Shown: positions 23,151 to 36,840, counted from the whole stretch's first letter. The stretch: DNA of 62,749 nt, filler included, from Diploschistes diacapsis (GCA_023645945.1; 30 parts of 30 records of this genome joined end to end with filler, not necessarily neighbours in it); one strand, 5' to 3'. Numbers and translations: made by a program. The notes: generated by a model not told the origin, from the letters alone.

Positions 23151-25133
23151 ATGTCTTATATAGCGTTTCTACTCCCCCTCGCATCAGTCGTGAATGCGGC
23201 ATATATTGGTGGCAGGCAAGCTGCATCCGCGACTGCTGGTGGCAACTTGGCTAGCATGACTGTACCTGATTATTTCCAAATCAGTCCACCAATCTTCGAA
23301 GGTAAGGCCAATGAAACAATCGCCTACGATTTTAAACTGAACCATCGAGGCCCTACTGCTACGGGAGCCGCTCCCTTCCTCGCACAAACCAACCCTGCAC
23401 CCTTTGCGCCTGGCAACACTTTCACCCCAAATGCTCCGTTAGAGACTTCCGAGCCCATTGCGGGAAATCCGAACAATTTATCCATCTTTCAGCTCATGGG
23501 AAACCTGAGCCCTTATTACCCGAACCCCCTTCCACAGTGAGGAAGAATGGCGAGGTTGCGATGTCGCTGGCAGACTAACTCGGGCAGGGGCTTTGGAGTG
23601 AATGAGTACCCTCTCCCTGCCGGCGCAAACATCTCCCAGGTACATATGTTGTCTAGACATGGCAGCAGATATCCCACGTCAAGCTCGAGCCAGGCCCAAC
23701 TTGGACAAACTATAAAGAACGCCGCTGCAGCTGGTTATAAGTTTACTGGAGCTCTGAGCTTTCTCAACACATGGTCTTACCGGTTAGGCTCGGAAATTCT
23801 TGTGCCCCAGGGCTTCCAAGAGTCGGTATCTTAAGCTCGGATTAAGAGTTCACACTGACATGGGAAGGCTCTTTGACTCTGGAATCCTTCATTTCTACCA
23901 ATATGGCGCTCTGTACAATCCAAACACCACAATTGTCGCCCGTACAACTACGCAAGCTCGCATGGTGAGGAAGCATGATTCCAGGATTCCGACTTCGCTA
24001 AATAGGATTACAGCGAGAGAGCGCGGAGTACTTCCTGGTGGGCTTCTTTGGGCTCAACTGGGAACAGAACCCTCAAGTCAAGCTGGAGTTCATAATCGAG
24101 CAAAACTACTTCAACAACTCCCTGATTGCAGCGTATGCGTGCAACAACACCAATAGCGCCGTCTCTTCGACAGGATCTATAGCACAACAGGAATGGGTTG
24201 GGATCTACCTCGCGAATGCCACTTCACGGTTCAAGTCAATGGCGGGCGGCTTCAATTGGACGCTGTCCGACACATATGCTGCCCAGGAGCTGTGCCCATA
24301 CGAGACTATTGCTTTCGGATACTCGCAGTTCTGCGATCTTTTCACCTACGAAGAGTACCAGGGTCTGTCATACTCCTTGGACTTGGAGTTCGCTGGAAAC
24401 AACCTGTTTCAATCTCCGACTGGTAGGGCAGTAGGTGTAGGATATGTTGAGGAGCTTCTCGCAGTAAGGATTTACTAAACGACCAACATTGTCGATGAGG
24501 CTCATTTGTTTAATAGAGGCTCGAACAGCATTTTGTCACTTCAGCTAACACTTCAGATAACGTACGTCCTCCTTTGAGTACCAAACTCATCGAACCATCG
24601 GAGACTAATGGATATTCTAGGTGACGCTGGACAGCATGCCCTCGACTTTCCCGCTCAACCAGACTCTTTATTTCGACTTCTCGCACGACACAAACATGGC
24701 CTCCGTCATCACGGCTCTCGGCCTTACCCAGTTTGCTACCTACCTTCCTCCTACAGGTCCACCAGCCGGTCACACCCCGCTGGCTGCCGCCTTGGTGCCA
24801 TTCGCCGGTCGTTTTGACATTGAAATCATCACGGCTCCCCATGCAGTAGCAGCCAACCGATCGTCTGACTGCTCTACAGGCAACTCGACGGGATGCTACA
24901 CCTCTGGTGGAATCACCAAATACGTGCACATGCTGATCAACCAGCGAACAGTGCCGCTTGGAAAGAACTTCGCGGCTTGTGGGAACAGAGTGGACGGGTG
25001 GTGCGAGCTGACAACGTTCATTGCCTGGCAGCAAATGAATCTGCAGTTGGCGGACTTCAACTACGCCTGCAGTGGGAACTACAGCGTGGTTCCTTATGGT
25101 ACAATCAAGAACGGAGTCCCTGTATCGTCTTGA
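23151..25133 (+). CDS. Secreted histidine acid phosphatase / 3-phytase; exons 23151-23301, 23350-23536, 23588-23821, 23868-23964, 24014-24463, 24517-24561, 24621-25133
   Basis: Hydrophobic signal peptide; catalytic RHGSRYP and FSHDTN motifs; many N-x-S/T sites. Six short introns splice in frame. Confidence 0.93.
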
Positions 25134-25639
25134 GGAGGTAGATCCTCGCCACGTCAAGGGTAGGTAGGATATCTTTTCTCGTATATTATATAATAGCTAT
25201 ATAATCAAGTGATGGAAGCTCCTTGACCTGAATCGAGGTTGGGTGGGTAAAGAGTACAAGCGATCTGAAAGTGGTGGGTTCAATAACCGAGGCTCAAAGG
25301 TCTTTTTGGCAAAAAACCTTCCATACACAATAATGCGGGGCTCACATTGCTGGCAGGCTGGGAGGGGGATGGAGACGGAGGTTTGTTGTAGCAAAAAGTA
25401 TCATTCTTTGTCACTTCCAGCTGCAGCCCGTCGGGAATCGCGGGCAGGCTTTGTTCAGAGAATGCTTCCTGGTTCCCCCGAATCATGCTCGTGCTTCTTA
25501 GCAACTCTGACATTGAGACCCCCATTCTTTCCTGAGCATTAGTGTGTGACATTTGAAGAGCAAAGCACTTGACATATATTCATTTCCCACAATCCTTTTA
25601 CTGGCGTATTATTCTCACCTCCTATCGAATTGAGGCCCA

Positions 25640-26822
25640 ATGGCGTCTACGAATGGAAAGACGGATGGCGAAGGTGGACCAGTGGGCGCAGAAAAGATCA
25701 ACACCGACATTGTTACCCTCACTCGATTCCTTACGGAAGAGCAAAGAAAGCACAAGGAAGCCACGGGGGATTTTACGTACGTTACCATCCTCAACCCCGG
25801 TTCTTTCCAGCTTAGCCTTTTCAGGTTATTGTGCCACGCCTTGCAGTTCGCCTTCAAGTCCATAGCATACTACATCCGCCGAGCGAGCTTGATCAACCTG
25901 ACCGGTCTGGCCGGCTCCTCGAACACCACCGGGGACGACCAAAAGAAGCTCGACGTCATAGGCAACGATGTCTTCCTGGCCGCTATGCGTGGCTCAGGGA
26001 AGTGCCGCCTCCTTGTATCAGAAGAAGAGGAGGAATGCATAGTGTTCCATGAGAACGCGTCGGCGCGATATGCAGTCGCCTGCGACCCCATTGACGGCTC
26101 AAGTAATCTCGACGCAGGCGTCAGCGTGGGGACCATCTTCGGCGTATTCAAGCTTCGAGCGGGCGCTCAGGGCACAAAAGAGGACCTCTTGCTTCCGGGT
26201 ACGGAGCTTGTGGCGTCGGGGTTCACCATGTACGGCGCCTCTGCCCAGCTCGTGATCACGATGAAGGGTGGATCCGTGAACGGCTTTACTTTGGATAACG
26301 CTCTCGGCGAGTTCATTCTGACGCATCCGGACATGCGGATACCGAAGAAGCGAGCCATTTATAGTGTCAACGAGGGAAACAGCTTGTATTGGCACGAACC
26401 AGTCAAGGAATACTTTAATAGTTTGAAGTTCCCCGCCGAAGATGGAAGCGGGCCTTACAGCTCGAGATATATTGGGAGTATGGTCGCTGACGCGTACCGG
26501 ACGCTGTTGTATGGGGGCATCTTTGCTTATCCGGCAGACAAGAAAAATACCAAGGGTAAGCTGAGGATATTGTACGAGTGTGCCCCTATGTCGATGGTTT
26601 TTGAAAACGGTAAGCACTGTCATATGTAAAGATGATGAGAAATGAAAGCTGACTTTGGGACCAGCTGGCGGGCAATCAGTCAACAGCAGGATGGAGCGCA
26701 TGCTAGAGGTCGTTCCCGAACATATCCACGACCGGTCTGGTATCTTCTTGGGCAGCTACGATGAGGTGCAGAAAGTCATCAACGTCCACAAGAAGCATGC
26801 CCAGTCGGGGAATCTGGAATGA
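25640..26822 (+). CDS. FBP1: Fructose-1,6-bisphosphatase class I; exons 25640-25776, 25825-26609, 26665-26822
   Basis: Motifs GDDQKKLDV, VSEEEE, DPIDGSSN, RYIGSMVADAYRTLLYGG, GKLRILYECAPM and ENAGG. Two canonical introns. Confidence 0.97.
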
Positions 26823-27211
26823 CGAACGGTTTCGGGGTTATTATCATGTAGATATCAACTCACTGTACGAACACCAAGCAAATTCTATCAATGAACAGAT
26901 CGGAAGGAATTTGATATTCTTAAAAGCTAGTGATAAGCTAGTTTGTCACTTGCAGCATTCGTGCAACAAGAGAGCATCAAAAGACCAACATATAGCAGAT
27001 TTGATAAACTGGAGCACTCCCTGATGCTATTGTGATGTTCTTAACAAAACAAAAGAAGCTTCGGGAGTTCCCTGGCTAGTTACTGGGGATCTACAAACCC
27101 TGCACGAGCTGATCCCTGCTAGCGCTGCCCGTTATCGATAAACAGATCGAACTTTTTGGCCCTCAAATTCGTTCTATGCAATATGCAAGAAACTCACTCT
27201 CAGGCTCCGCA

Positions 27212-30200
27212 ATGGCAGCGCACCACTCGACCTCGCTCAAGGAGCGACTTGAGAAGATTAAGTCACCTAAGCTCCAGAACCAAAAAGAGGTACACCTCTA
27301 GTCTCCGATGTTCCCTTCCTGCAAACAACTGACAAGTGATTAGACAGCCTTCGTGCTTAATGCGATTGAGAATACCTTGAGAGAGCAGGGCGATGACTTT
27401 ACCCCAACATTGTACTTTTCAGCTCTGCTTTCGCTTCTGAGTCAGGCCATATCGCAGGTCGCTGGCATCGTCAACAAGGAGCTCGCTACTTCCGTGGTCT
27501 ACCTGGTAGATGTGGTCGCATCCTACGTCCCGACGCCCCTCCTCCGCTCCAAATTCTCGCAGATACTTTCGAGCCTCGCGCCTGCTTTGACTCATCAAGA
27601 CGTTGAAGCACCGCTCTTACGCCACTCCATGGGTTGTCTGGAGACATTACTCCTCGCCCAAGACTCTGCGGCATGGGTGCTCCCACAAAACCAAGTCGGG
27701 CCAAGAGGCGCCCTGGCAGGCATATTGTCGCTAGCGGTCGATCACCGGCCTAAAGTCCGCAAGCGGGCGCAAGAAGCCATGGCAAAGGTCTTGAGGAACC
27801 CGCCTCCGAGCCCGTCGCTGGATCATCCGGCTGCAGACATGTGCGCCGAAACCGCGCTGCATAGCCTACGTGAGATTTCTCAAGCAAGTGGAAAGAAGCA
27901 CAAGGGCCGAGCTCATATAGATGAGGAGAGCCATCCCAGTCTCATACATGCCCTTCAGCTGGTACGAAGCATTGCCGCGGCTGCGGGAGGTTGGCCAAGC
28001 AAGAGGATAGATTCTCTGTGTGAGGTCCTGCTCAATCTATCCAAGTCGAATAATGAGTACTTGGCAATAACAAGCTTTGAAGTGTTTGAGACCATCTTTA
28101 CTGGCATGGCAAACGAGACATCTTCCTCGAAACTACCTAGGTTACTCGAAGCTCTTTTGGAGTTGCGCCCTTCGCAAAACGACTCGCAGTTGCTCCCGCC
28201 TTGGATTGCGGTCATTTCAAGAGGGTATGACGTCTCCGCGCAGGTTGACGGGGAGGAGACTTTTGCGAAGCTGCCCGAACTATTCGAAATGATATCTAGT
28301 TTCCTTCCTTCGCCCTCCCACAACATCCGTACTTCCGCATCCGAATGTTTGATTTCGTTCACCGCTACATGCATCCCGCCGAATGTTATACTAGAGCCAT
28401 CCGTATACGATGAAAAGATACTGGAGAAAATCGCAAAGATTGCAACAAATCTTCTAAGCGTAAAGTACCAGAGCGCATGGATGGAGACTTTCAATGTCTT
28501 TTCGGCACTGTTCGAAGCCCTGAAGTGGAGATCTTCCCCGTATCTGAACGAGGTAATAAAGCTGGTAGGTGAACTGCGCGGCAACGAAGGCTTCAATGGC
28601 AAGAAAGAAGCAGATGCCGTCCTAGGCCAAGCTATAGGAGCGGCAGGGCCGGAAGTCGTCCTCGAGATACTGCCGCTAAACTTGGCAAAACCCACGCCGG
28701 GACAGCAAGGTCGAGCTTGGCTCCTTCCTCTTCTACGAGACAACGTTATGAATGCTACAATCAAGCACTTTCGATCAGAATTTATACCGTTGAGCGAGGC
28801 CATGTTTCAGCGAGTCCTAGACCATGGGATAAAGGAGAAGACTATGGATATTAAGATATTTGAGACTGTGGTCAACCAGATATGGTCTCTTCTACCCGGC
28901 TATTTCACTCTGCCTCTCGACCTTGTTGAGTCTTTTGACCAAGGACTCGCTGAGCTCCTCGCAAACTTGCTGTACCAGCAAACGCAACTGAGGACAGATA
29001 TCTGCAAGGGTCTACAGGCTTTGGTAGAGTCTAATCAGCGAGTTCTGTCTGTTGAAGATGGAGAAGAAGACCTCGTTTCGCAACATAGAATTTCGAAGGA
29101 AGCAGCAAAGAAGAACATTGATCATCTTTCATCGTTTGCAAATAACCTTCTGGCAGTGCTGTTCAACGTGTATAGCGGAACTCTGCCGCACCACAGGGGC
29201 TACATATTGCAGTGTATCAACGTCTATCTGGGCATCACTCCAGAGAAGGTTAGTTCATTGATCCTTCTTGTAGGCCTTCGATCACTAATTCAATGTAGCA
29301 AATAGAGGAATTATTCGAAACGGTCACGACAAAGCTCGAGGCGTCTCTAAAGGAATCTGCTGCCCAACCCGAAGCAGACAAACAGAAGCAGAAGAAATCC
29401 AACGACCAGATGCCCCCAACGAGCCACACGCTCATGGACCTCCTGGTCACCTTATCCGGCTATCTACCGCGCTCCTCCTATCAAAAGCTTTTCTCCCTCG
29501 CGGCTCTGCTTCTTTCGCAAGCCTCTGATCCTCAACTGCAGAAGAAGGCATACAAGCTGCTGCCTCGCCTTGCTGCCTCATCCACCGGCTCGCAAGCCTT
29601 GAAGGAACGTAATTCGGAACTACAGGGGCTGCTTCTGACAAGCGCTTCATCAGCTTCTGCGCCTGCCCGACGAGATCGCCTCGCTGCCATCAGCGTCGTC
29701 ATCGATTGCCTACCTCCATCCGATCTACACTTCGTACCAAATATCCTTCCAGAAGTCGTCATATCCGTAAAGGAAGTCAACGAAAAAGCGCGGACCGCAG
29801 CCTTTGAACTTCTCATCCAAATGGGCAACAAAATGGCCTTGGGCGGTACGATTGTCAAGTCCAAAATCGCGTACATGCCTAATGACGCCCCAAACTCCGA
29901 AGCAAGTCTGGATGAATACTTTACCATGCTTAACGCCGGTCTGGCGGGGACAACGTCGCATATGCTTTCCGCAACTATCATCGCGCTAACACGCGTCTTG
30001 TACGAATTTCGCGCAAAGCTTTCGCCGCGCGTTCTTGAGGAATTGGTAGTGGCAATGGATGATTTCCTGACGTCCAAGAGCCGTGAGACTGTGCGCAGCG
30101 TTCTGGGCTTTTCAAAGGTCGCTATCATCAGTTTGCCGGACGAGATCATCAACCCGAGACTAGCGACTATGATACCCAATCTTCTCACCTGGAGCCACGA

Positions 30201-30936
30201 GCACGCAAACCAGTTCCGGGCAAAGGTCAAGCACATCATCGAGCGCGCCATCCGGCGCTTCGGCTACGAGACCATCATACGATACACCCCCGAGGACGAC
30301 AGGAAGCTCATACACAACATCCAGAAGAGCAAGGAGCGGAAGAAGCGCAAAAAGGCCACTGTGGGCGACGAAGCCGAAGAGGCGGACGGGGACCACGCAC
30401 AACTCGAGCATGGCGCTACCGCCCCCGGAAGACCTCAGCGCCGAAGCAAGTTCGGTTCCGAGTTCGACGAAGCTGTGTACGGCAGTTCCGGCTCGGGCTC
30501 GGATGCGGGTAGCGGGAGCGACCTTTCGGCTCCCTCGTCCGAGGACGACGAAGGCACCAAGAAAGCCGCGCGAAGGGACAAGCGGAACAACGGCGCGAAC
30601 TCAAAAGATGGACAGGGACGGCAGAGCGAATCCTACATCCTCGAGTCCACGCACGACGACGCCGACCCCCTCGATCTCCTGGACCGCAGGGCGTTTGCGA
30701 GCATCAGCAGCACGAAGCCCGTCCGCTTCCGGGACGGCGGTGGCTCGGCTTCGGGCCACCAGAAGATGAAGAACAAGGCCAAGACCAATCCGGACGGGAA
30801 ACTGGTCTTTGAAGAAGATGGGGACGATGTGATGCTGGACGCGGCCGCCGATGGCACGCGGGAGGTTGGGGACGGGAGTCTGGAGGCGGGGATAAATGCG
30901 TATGTGGATGCGATTAGGGGTCGGGATGCGGTGAGG
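27212..30936 (+). CDS. RRP12: Ribosome biogenesis HEAT-repeat protein Rrp12 (NUC173 domain), 3'-truncated by the contig end; exons 27212-27289, 27344-29248, 29299->30936
   Basis: Motifs LEKIKSPKLQNQ, DHRPKVRKRAQ, GRAWLLPLLRD, LQKKAYK, LPEVVISVKEVNEKAR, KVKHIIER.IRRFG and DPLDLLD. Two canonical introns. Confidence 0.93.
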
Positions 30937-31036
30937 NNNNNNNNNNNNNNNNNNNNNNNNNNNNNNNNNNNNNNNNNNNNTTAATTAATTAANNNNNNNN
31001 NNNNNNNNNNNNNNNNNNNNNNNNNNNNNNNNNNNN

Positions 31037-31357
31037 AATATTAATATTAATACGGATACTGTACTTCCGTGAATCCACGGACACGGACACCGTAGTTAAA
31101 AAATCTAAAACACGGACACTGACACTGTCAGTGTCAGTGACGGCACGCCTAATTTTTATGAATATTATATTATAATAAAAACCCGGACACGGATACTACG
31201 GCTAAAAGTTTTAAAACATGGATACTTTTACGAATATTATATTATAATAAAAGCACGGACACGGACATTACAGCTAAAAAATTTTAAACACGGACACTAT
31301 CACGGCCGTGTCCGTGCCATAGACACGGCCGTGTCAGTGTCCGTAACGGCCAGCCTA
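31037..31357 (-). mobile_element. Two nested or adjacent hAT-like MITE ends
   Basis: ACACGGAC repeat arrays ending in TIR-like ACGGCACGCCTA (31151) and ACGGCCAGCCTA (31357). Confidence 0.7.
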
Positions 31358-31382
31358 AAAATAACCTTTTAAATAAGAGTTT

Positions 31383-32086
31383 TGTTTGGCAACGTAATGG
31401 ATATATTGAAGTCTAGAGGTCTTATCCTAGGAAATAATCCTACTGTGTAGACTTTTATCCTCTACGGTGTGCGCTAAGCCCTACTGCCCACGCTATTCCC
31501 GAACCGGTCTAATTAGAACCTTAGCAGGTTTAGGGAGGAAGTTTAGCCGAACCGAACTTCCTGATTACCTGAACTAAACCTTCCGGAATTAGGTCAAGCC
31601 TGTAATCATACCTTCTATTTATCCATTTAACTGTTACGATCCAAGTAACTAAATAGTAGTCCATTTGGCACTTCACAGCTAATCGGGCACTTCCCAATCA
31701 TTCTTTATATATAATTTAATTATAACAATATTAGTTACGTGATAAGTAAAAAGCCTTGAAGGCTATTCTATCCTTTTATAAATAGAACGAAAGAACGGTA
31801 GTTTTATTTATTTATTAATTTACTTTATTAGGGAGTAGTTGATTATATAAGAACGTCGTTATGGCTCTTATAAGTTCTGGTATGTTTACTTTTATAGATA
31901 TCTTTAGTTATTACTCGGGATTAATTTATATTCGTTATTTTTATTATTAGAGCCTTCTTTCTAGAGACAGTCAAGACCTGTGAACTGCTCTACCTTCTTC
32001 TCCTGCTTGCACTCCTCTTCTAAACGAGACCAAACCTACCTTGATCAATACCTCGTGTCTATATTGTAGAGATAGAGATCATAACA
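31383..32086 (-). mobile_element. Copia family B LTR (31383-31631) abutting LTR family 3 (31632-32086)
   Basis: Reverse-complement similarity to the 43226 LTR, direct similarity to 6359-6573, and reverse-complement similarity to 9198-9651. Confidence 0.75.
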
Positions 32087-32488
32087 ACGGACACTTCCAC
32101 GGATACTACACTATAATAAAAACACGGACACGGATATTACGGCTAAAAATTTTAAAACACGGATACTTCCACGGACATTATATTATAATAAAAACACGAA
32201 CACGGACATTACGATTAAAAAATTTAAAACACGGATACTTCCACGGACATTACCGCCAAAAAATTTAAAACACGATATTACCACGGACACTATATTATAA
32301 TAAATCCACCGAACTATTACCGTGATTTTACCGAAACACCGCGATAAAAAAATAAACACGTAAAAAATAAACGTGATAAGTTTAAAATNNNNNNNNNNNN
32401 NNNNNNNNNNNNNNNNNNNNNNNNNNNNNNNNTTAATTAATTAANNNNNNNNNNNNNNNNNNNNNNNNNNNNNNNNNNNNNNNNNNNN

Positions 32489-33839
32489 TGGTATACTGGA
32501 ATCATATATTCTTTATCTCGATAATTTCTCGGATTCGTATGTATCGAGTATAACGGATGTTTATATTTTCCGTATATATATATTTAATAAACGAAATAAA
32601 CTCTTAATGTAACGATTTTCTCCCTTAAAGGTGCTATAGGTAACAATCCTTCTAATCTGCGTCCGTTATTATAAAAGTGATTCTCATAATTCTTGCTAAT
32701 ATAATCGTATATAAAGCTATAATCCTAATATCGTTTATTAAGTAAAGCGTGTTCGTAGTACCGTTTAATGTTACGTCGGTAATTAATTTATCGTAAATGA
32801 TAAATTTTCCGTCCTTGTGTTTAGAATAATTATATTCGAAATCTTTATATTCGTTTTATCGTTTATGGTCAGGGTGTTTTCGGTCGTTAATAATAAGAGC
32901 TTTTTTCTAGAAGTATTCTTATTTGTTCATAACGCGATCATGAATGCGAAACTCGTACGATGCGTCTTTATTTGAATTGTTATTTAAAGGTCCTCGAATA
33001 TTTAGTTTAGCGTTAAGAATTGGATAGTATATTTAAATATATAAGAGTAATTATTTATGGTTATTGTATATTTCGTTGTATCGTTGTTCGGAATATTGTT
33101 ATCTTTCAAAACTTATTTAGTTATTAATGCTATCGGCGGTAGAAACGTGGTTTCGATATTTTTATTAATTAACTAGTCGGTGTCGTTTTATTAAGCTATA
33201 TTATTCGATTTAATTATACCTTTTTCTTAAAGGTATCCGTCAATTATTAGATCATCTCTAGGGATTCGTGTATTTGCGTTGAGATATTGATTTATCGCGA
33301 TTAAAATATCTTTTTTTACGATTTTATTCTTGGATCGGTAATTTCGGGCGAAATGACCTATCTTGCCACGTTCGAAACATTTCTTTGCTTTAATTGAAGG
33401 TCCCTCGTTGGGTCCTTTTACTTATTTCTTCTTATTAGGGCCGGGTTTGCCATTAATGGCGTCGAGATCTATAACGTCGTTGTTTATATATCTCATATTT
33501 TGCGTATTTCTTATATAATTGGTAACGTGTTCCATGGTCAGCTCGGCCACCCCCAAAGCTCGGCCACCTTATATTGCGATATTCATCATTCTTTCGGTTT
33601 TTCTCGATAATGGCCGCTTCGCATTAAAATAATTCGATATTATTAGAATCGGACATTAACGACTGTTTATAGGTTTTAAATTTTTAATAATATATCAACA
33701 TTCGAACGGCCGTTCGCGTATTTAAAGTTTCTTAATTGACCGTTATAGATCGACTTAATAAAAGATAATTTAATTGTAATAACCACGAATCGGCTTAAAT
33801 CCTCTTAAATTTAAAAAAAAAGATATTAATACGATAGAT
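32489..33839 (-). mobile_element. Gypsy gag remnant (minus, 32489-33522) abutting a pogo-type 5' end (TIR at 33525)
   Basis: Reverse complement of the zinc-knuckle region at 34520-35290. TA + ACGTGTTCCATGG TIR. Confidence 0.7.
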
Positions 33840-33939
33840 NNNNNNNNNNNNNNNNNNNNNNNNNNNNNNNNNNNNNNNNNNNNTTAATTAATTAANNNNN
33901 NNNNNNNNNNNNNNNNNNNNNNNNNNNNNNNNNNNNNNN

Positions 33940-35290
33940 ATATAAAATACATAGTTTATCGTATTAATGTTTTTTCTTTTAAATTTAAAAAGATTTTAGT
34001 CGAGTCGTGGTTATTAAAATTAAATTATGTTTTATTAAATGGATTTATAACGGTCGATCGAGAAACTTTAAATGCGCGGACGGTCGCTCGAATGTTAATA
34101 TATTATTAAAAATCTAGAACCTATAAACAGTCGTTATGTCCGATTTTAATAATATCGAATTATTTCGATACGAAGCGGCCATTATCGAGAAAAACCGAAA
34201 GAATGATCAATAGCGCAATGTAAGGTAGCCGAGATGGGGGGGTGGCCGAGATGACCGTGAAACACGTTATATAATTAAATTTTAGAAATACGCCCGATTA
34301 ATTAATTAAAATAACGAAACCTTAATAAAAATATATAAAGACGGATTTAAAAATTTAGTTAAAGATAAATTCATATATAATTAAAATTAGTTTCGGAGTT
34401 TATCGACCCTTTAAACTAGAATAATAATAATAGATGATCGATTATTTAATCGAGAATAGGAATGTCGCTTTAATCGAAATAAAATTATTGGATTAGGATT
34501 TCGCTACCGTATTAATTATATAAAGAATATATAAAATATAAGATATATAAATAACGACGTTATGGATTTCGATGTCTTAACTGGTAAACCCCGGCTTAAT
34601 TAAAAGAAAGGAGTTAAGGGATTCAACGGGGGATCTTCAGTTAAAGGAAAGAAATACTTCGAATGTGGTAAGATAAGTCACTTCGCTCGAGATTGTAAAT
34701 CAAAAAATAAGGTCGTTAGGGAAAACGTTTTAGTAACGATAAATCAGTATTATCTTAACGTAACTATAGTTATCCTTATAGAGGACTATCCGACCGACGG
34801 ATAACTTTAGGAGGAAGTTATAATTGACTCGGACATCACAATCTAGCAGGGCGATACCGACGATTCAACTGATAAAGATACCGAAACCACGTTTTTATTA
34901 ATTATAGTATTAATTACGTAGGTTTCGAAAGGTAACGATATTCCGAACTTAAATGTAACGGAATATAGGGAATCGGCTTAAACGTACGATCTAATTTTTA
35001 ACGCTAGATTAAATATTCGAAAACTTTTAGGAATTTATTTAAACGAAAAAGCAGCGTACGCGTTTCGTATTTTAGAAAAAGTTATAGGTAGGTAAGAGTA
35101 TTTTCGAAGGAAAGCTGTTATTATTAACAATCGAAAATATTTAGATCACATACTTTTCGACGAATATAGAAACTTCGGATGCGATTACGTTAAACACGAA
35201 ATACTAATATACGTCCTTTACGAAAGGATAATTATTAACGTAACATTCTAATGATATTACGAGGAAATATTGAACGATAATAAGTATAAA
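33940..35290 (+). mobile_element. Pogo-type 5' end (TIR ends 34267) followed by a gypsy gag remnant with CCHC zinc knuckle (34655-34696)
   Basis: (Y=C)FECGKISHFARDC gives CX2CX4HX4C after reversing one RIP change. Upstream IYKDGFKNLVKDKF is a gag motif. Homologous pieces lie at 40262-41087 (-) and 49864-50330 (+). Confidence 0.8.
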
Positions 35291-36840
35291 NNNNNNNNNN
35301 NNNNNNNNNNNNNNNNNNNNNNNNNNNNNNNNNNTTAATTAATTAANNNNNNNNNNNNNNNNNNNNNNNNNNNNNNNNNNNNNNNNNNNNATATAAACGT
35401 TATACCCTGATAATTGACCAGATTTCAAACGGTTAAAGTCATGCTAAAGACAAAAAAATCAGTATGCGAAATAAATAACTAAAAGATATACCTTTACGGT
35501 TAATAATAAAAGCCGATTATATGGTCTTAGATATCGACATAATAATCCTTCTACTACAGATAAAATACAGTAACATCAATCTCCGTTTAAACATACAAAC
35601 GGTTCGATCGCGAATACGGTATCATACTACCGCTCGCACGTAGAAGAAAACGATTAATTAAATTTTATTAGAGATTGCTTTAGTTTCAACTTTTTCTTGA
35701 ATTACTTAAGTTTATCCTTTAGGTCACGCTTCTCCAGTCCTGTCGGGTTAACATGTCAGTTCTTATTCAATAATTAAAAAGAGCGCTAATACTTACCTCT
35801 TAATTTCAAAAACGATTCGAAGATGATGTTATTAAAGTCTTTAAATTCTAGATCGGGCTGTCTCGCGAATAAATTATAATCTTATAAATTTTAAAATAGC
35901 ATATCTTCTAAATACGCCTTAGGTGAGCGAATATTGAGTTCGTAAATATTATCGATTATAAAAGCCTTTACTTGACAACTATTATTAGCCATAGTAAGTA
36001 GAGCCGCGATCTTGAGAAGATTAATTATTATAATTAAGCTGTTTTATAAAGAATGCAATATTAGTAAAGTTTGTAACATTTCCTGTTTATATACTTTTTT
36101 AAGGCCGTCTTAATAGCTATTTCTAGTATACGGCTAAGTACCCACTCCCCCGAAATAAAAATGGCAATCTTAGCGCGATCCAAGTATAGTAAGAATCTGA
36201 TATAAGTAACCAGCGCCTTCCTTCGAAAGCAGCGTTCACGCCGCGGAGGATATCGAGTGTACTATCTCGCTGAATAACCGCCGCTAATAGCTTTTAAATG
36301 AATCTCGTTTCGATAGGGTTTAATATTGTAGTAATACGGGTTTCACGCTCGGAAAAACCTTCATTTCTTACGATAATAATTTCTATTAACGGGAATTTCC
36401 TTTAGAAACATAGTTTCTTATTTATTAATTTAATCTTTCTGTACCGTCAGCGTGTTTTATATCGTAATACAGCGGTATAGACTATATGATTTATGGCTAG
36501 ATATATAGAACATCATTAGAAATACGAAATTATAATTAAAGAATAATTTATAAAACCCGTGCTCTCGGACGTAATGAATTTATTTAAGGTCTTTTATGTC
36601 GAAACATTCTGGACTTAAATAGATTAACTATACAGCTTTTTGGGTGGATCTTGAAAAAGAGATATATAATGTTGGGACAGTTAATGTATATCTATCGAAA
36701 CGATGCTACCTAAAAAGCTATTTTATTAATGATTATAAAGNNNNNNNNNNNNNNNNNNNNNNNNNNNNNNNNNNNNNNNNNNNNTTAATTAATTAANNNN
36801 NNNNNNNNNNNNNNNNNNNNNNNNNNNNNNNNNNNNNNNN

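Noticed and set aside
25432..25443. AcuK/AcuM gluconeogenic site upstream of FBP1
   Set aside because: The spacing is CGG-N6-CGG, not the N7 spacing expected.
18774..30857. Long antisense or alternate-frame ORFs (18774-19538, 24510-25157, 26099-26701, 27955-28803, 29532-30251)
   Set aside because: They are shadows of well-supported genes on the opposite strand.
10169..30936. The 20.8-kb gene block as a mobile island, Starship cargo or functional gene cluster
   Set aside because: The flanks are unrelated contigs. No recombinase or biosynthetic backbone gene is present, and the genes are functionally unrelated, mostly housekeeping.
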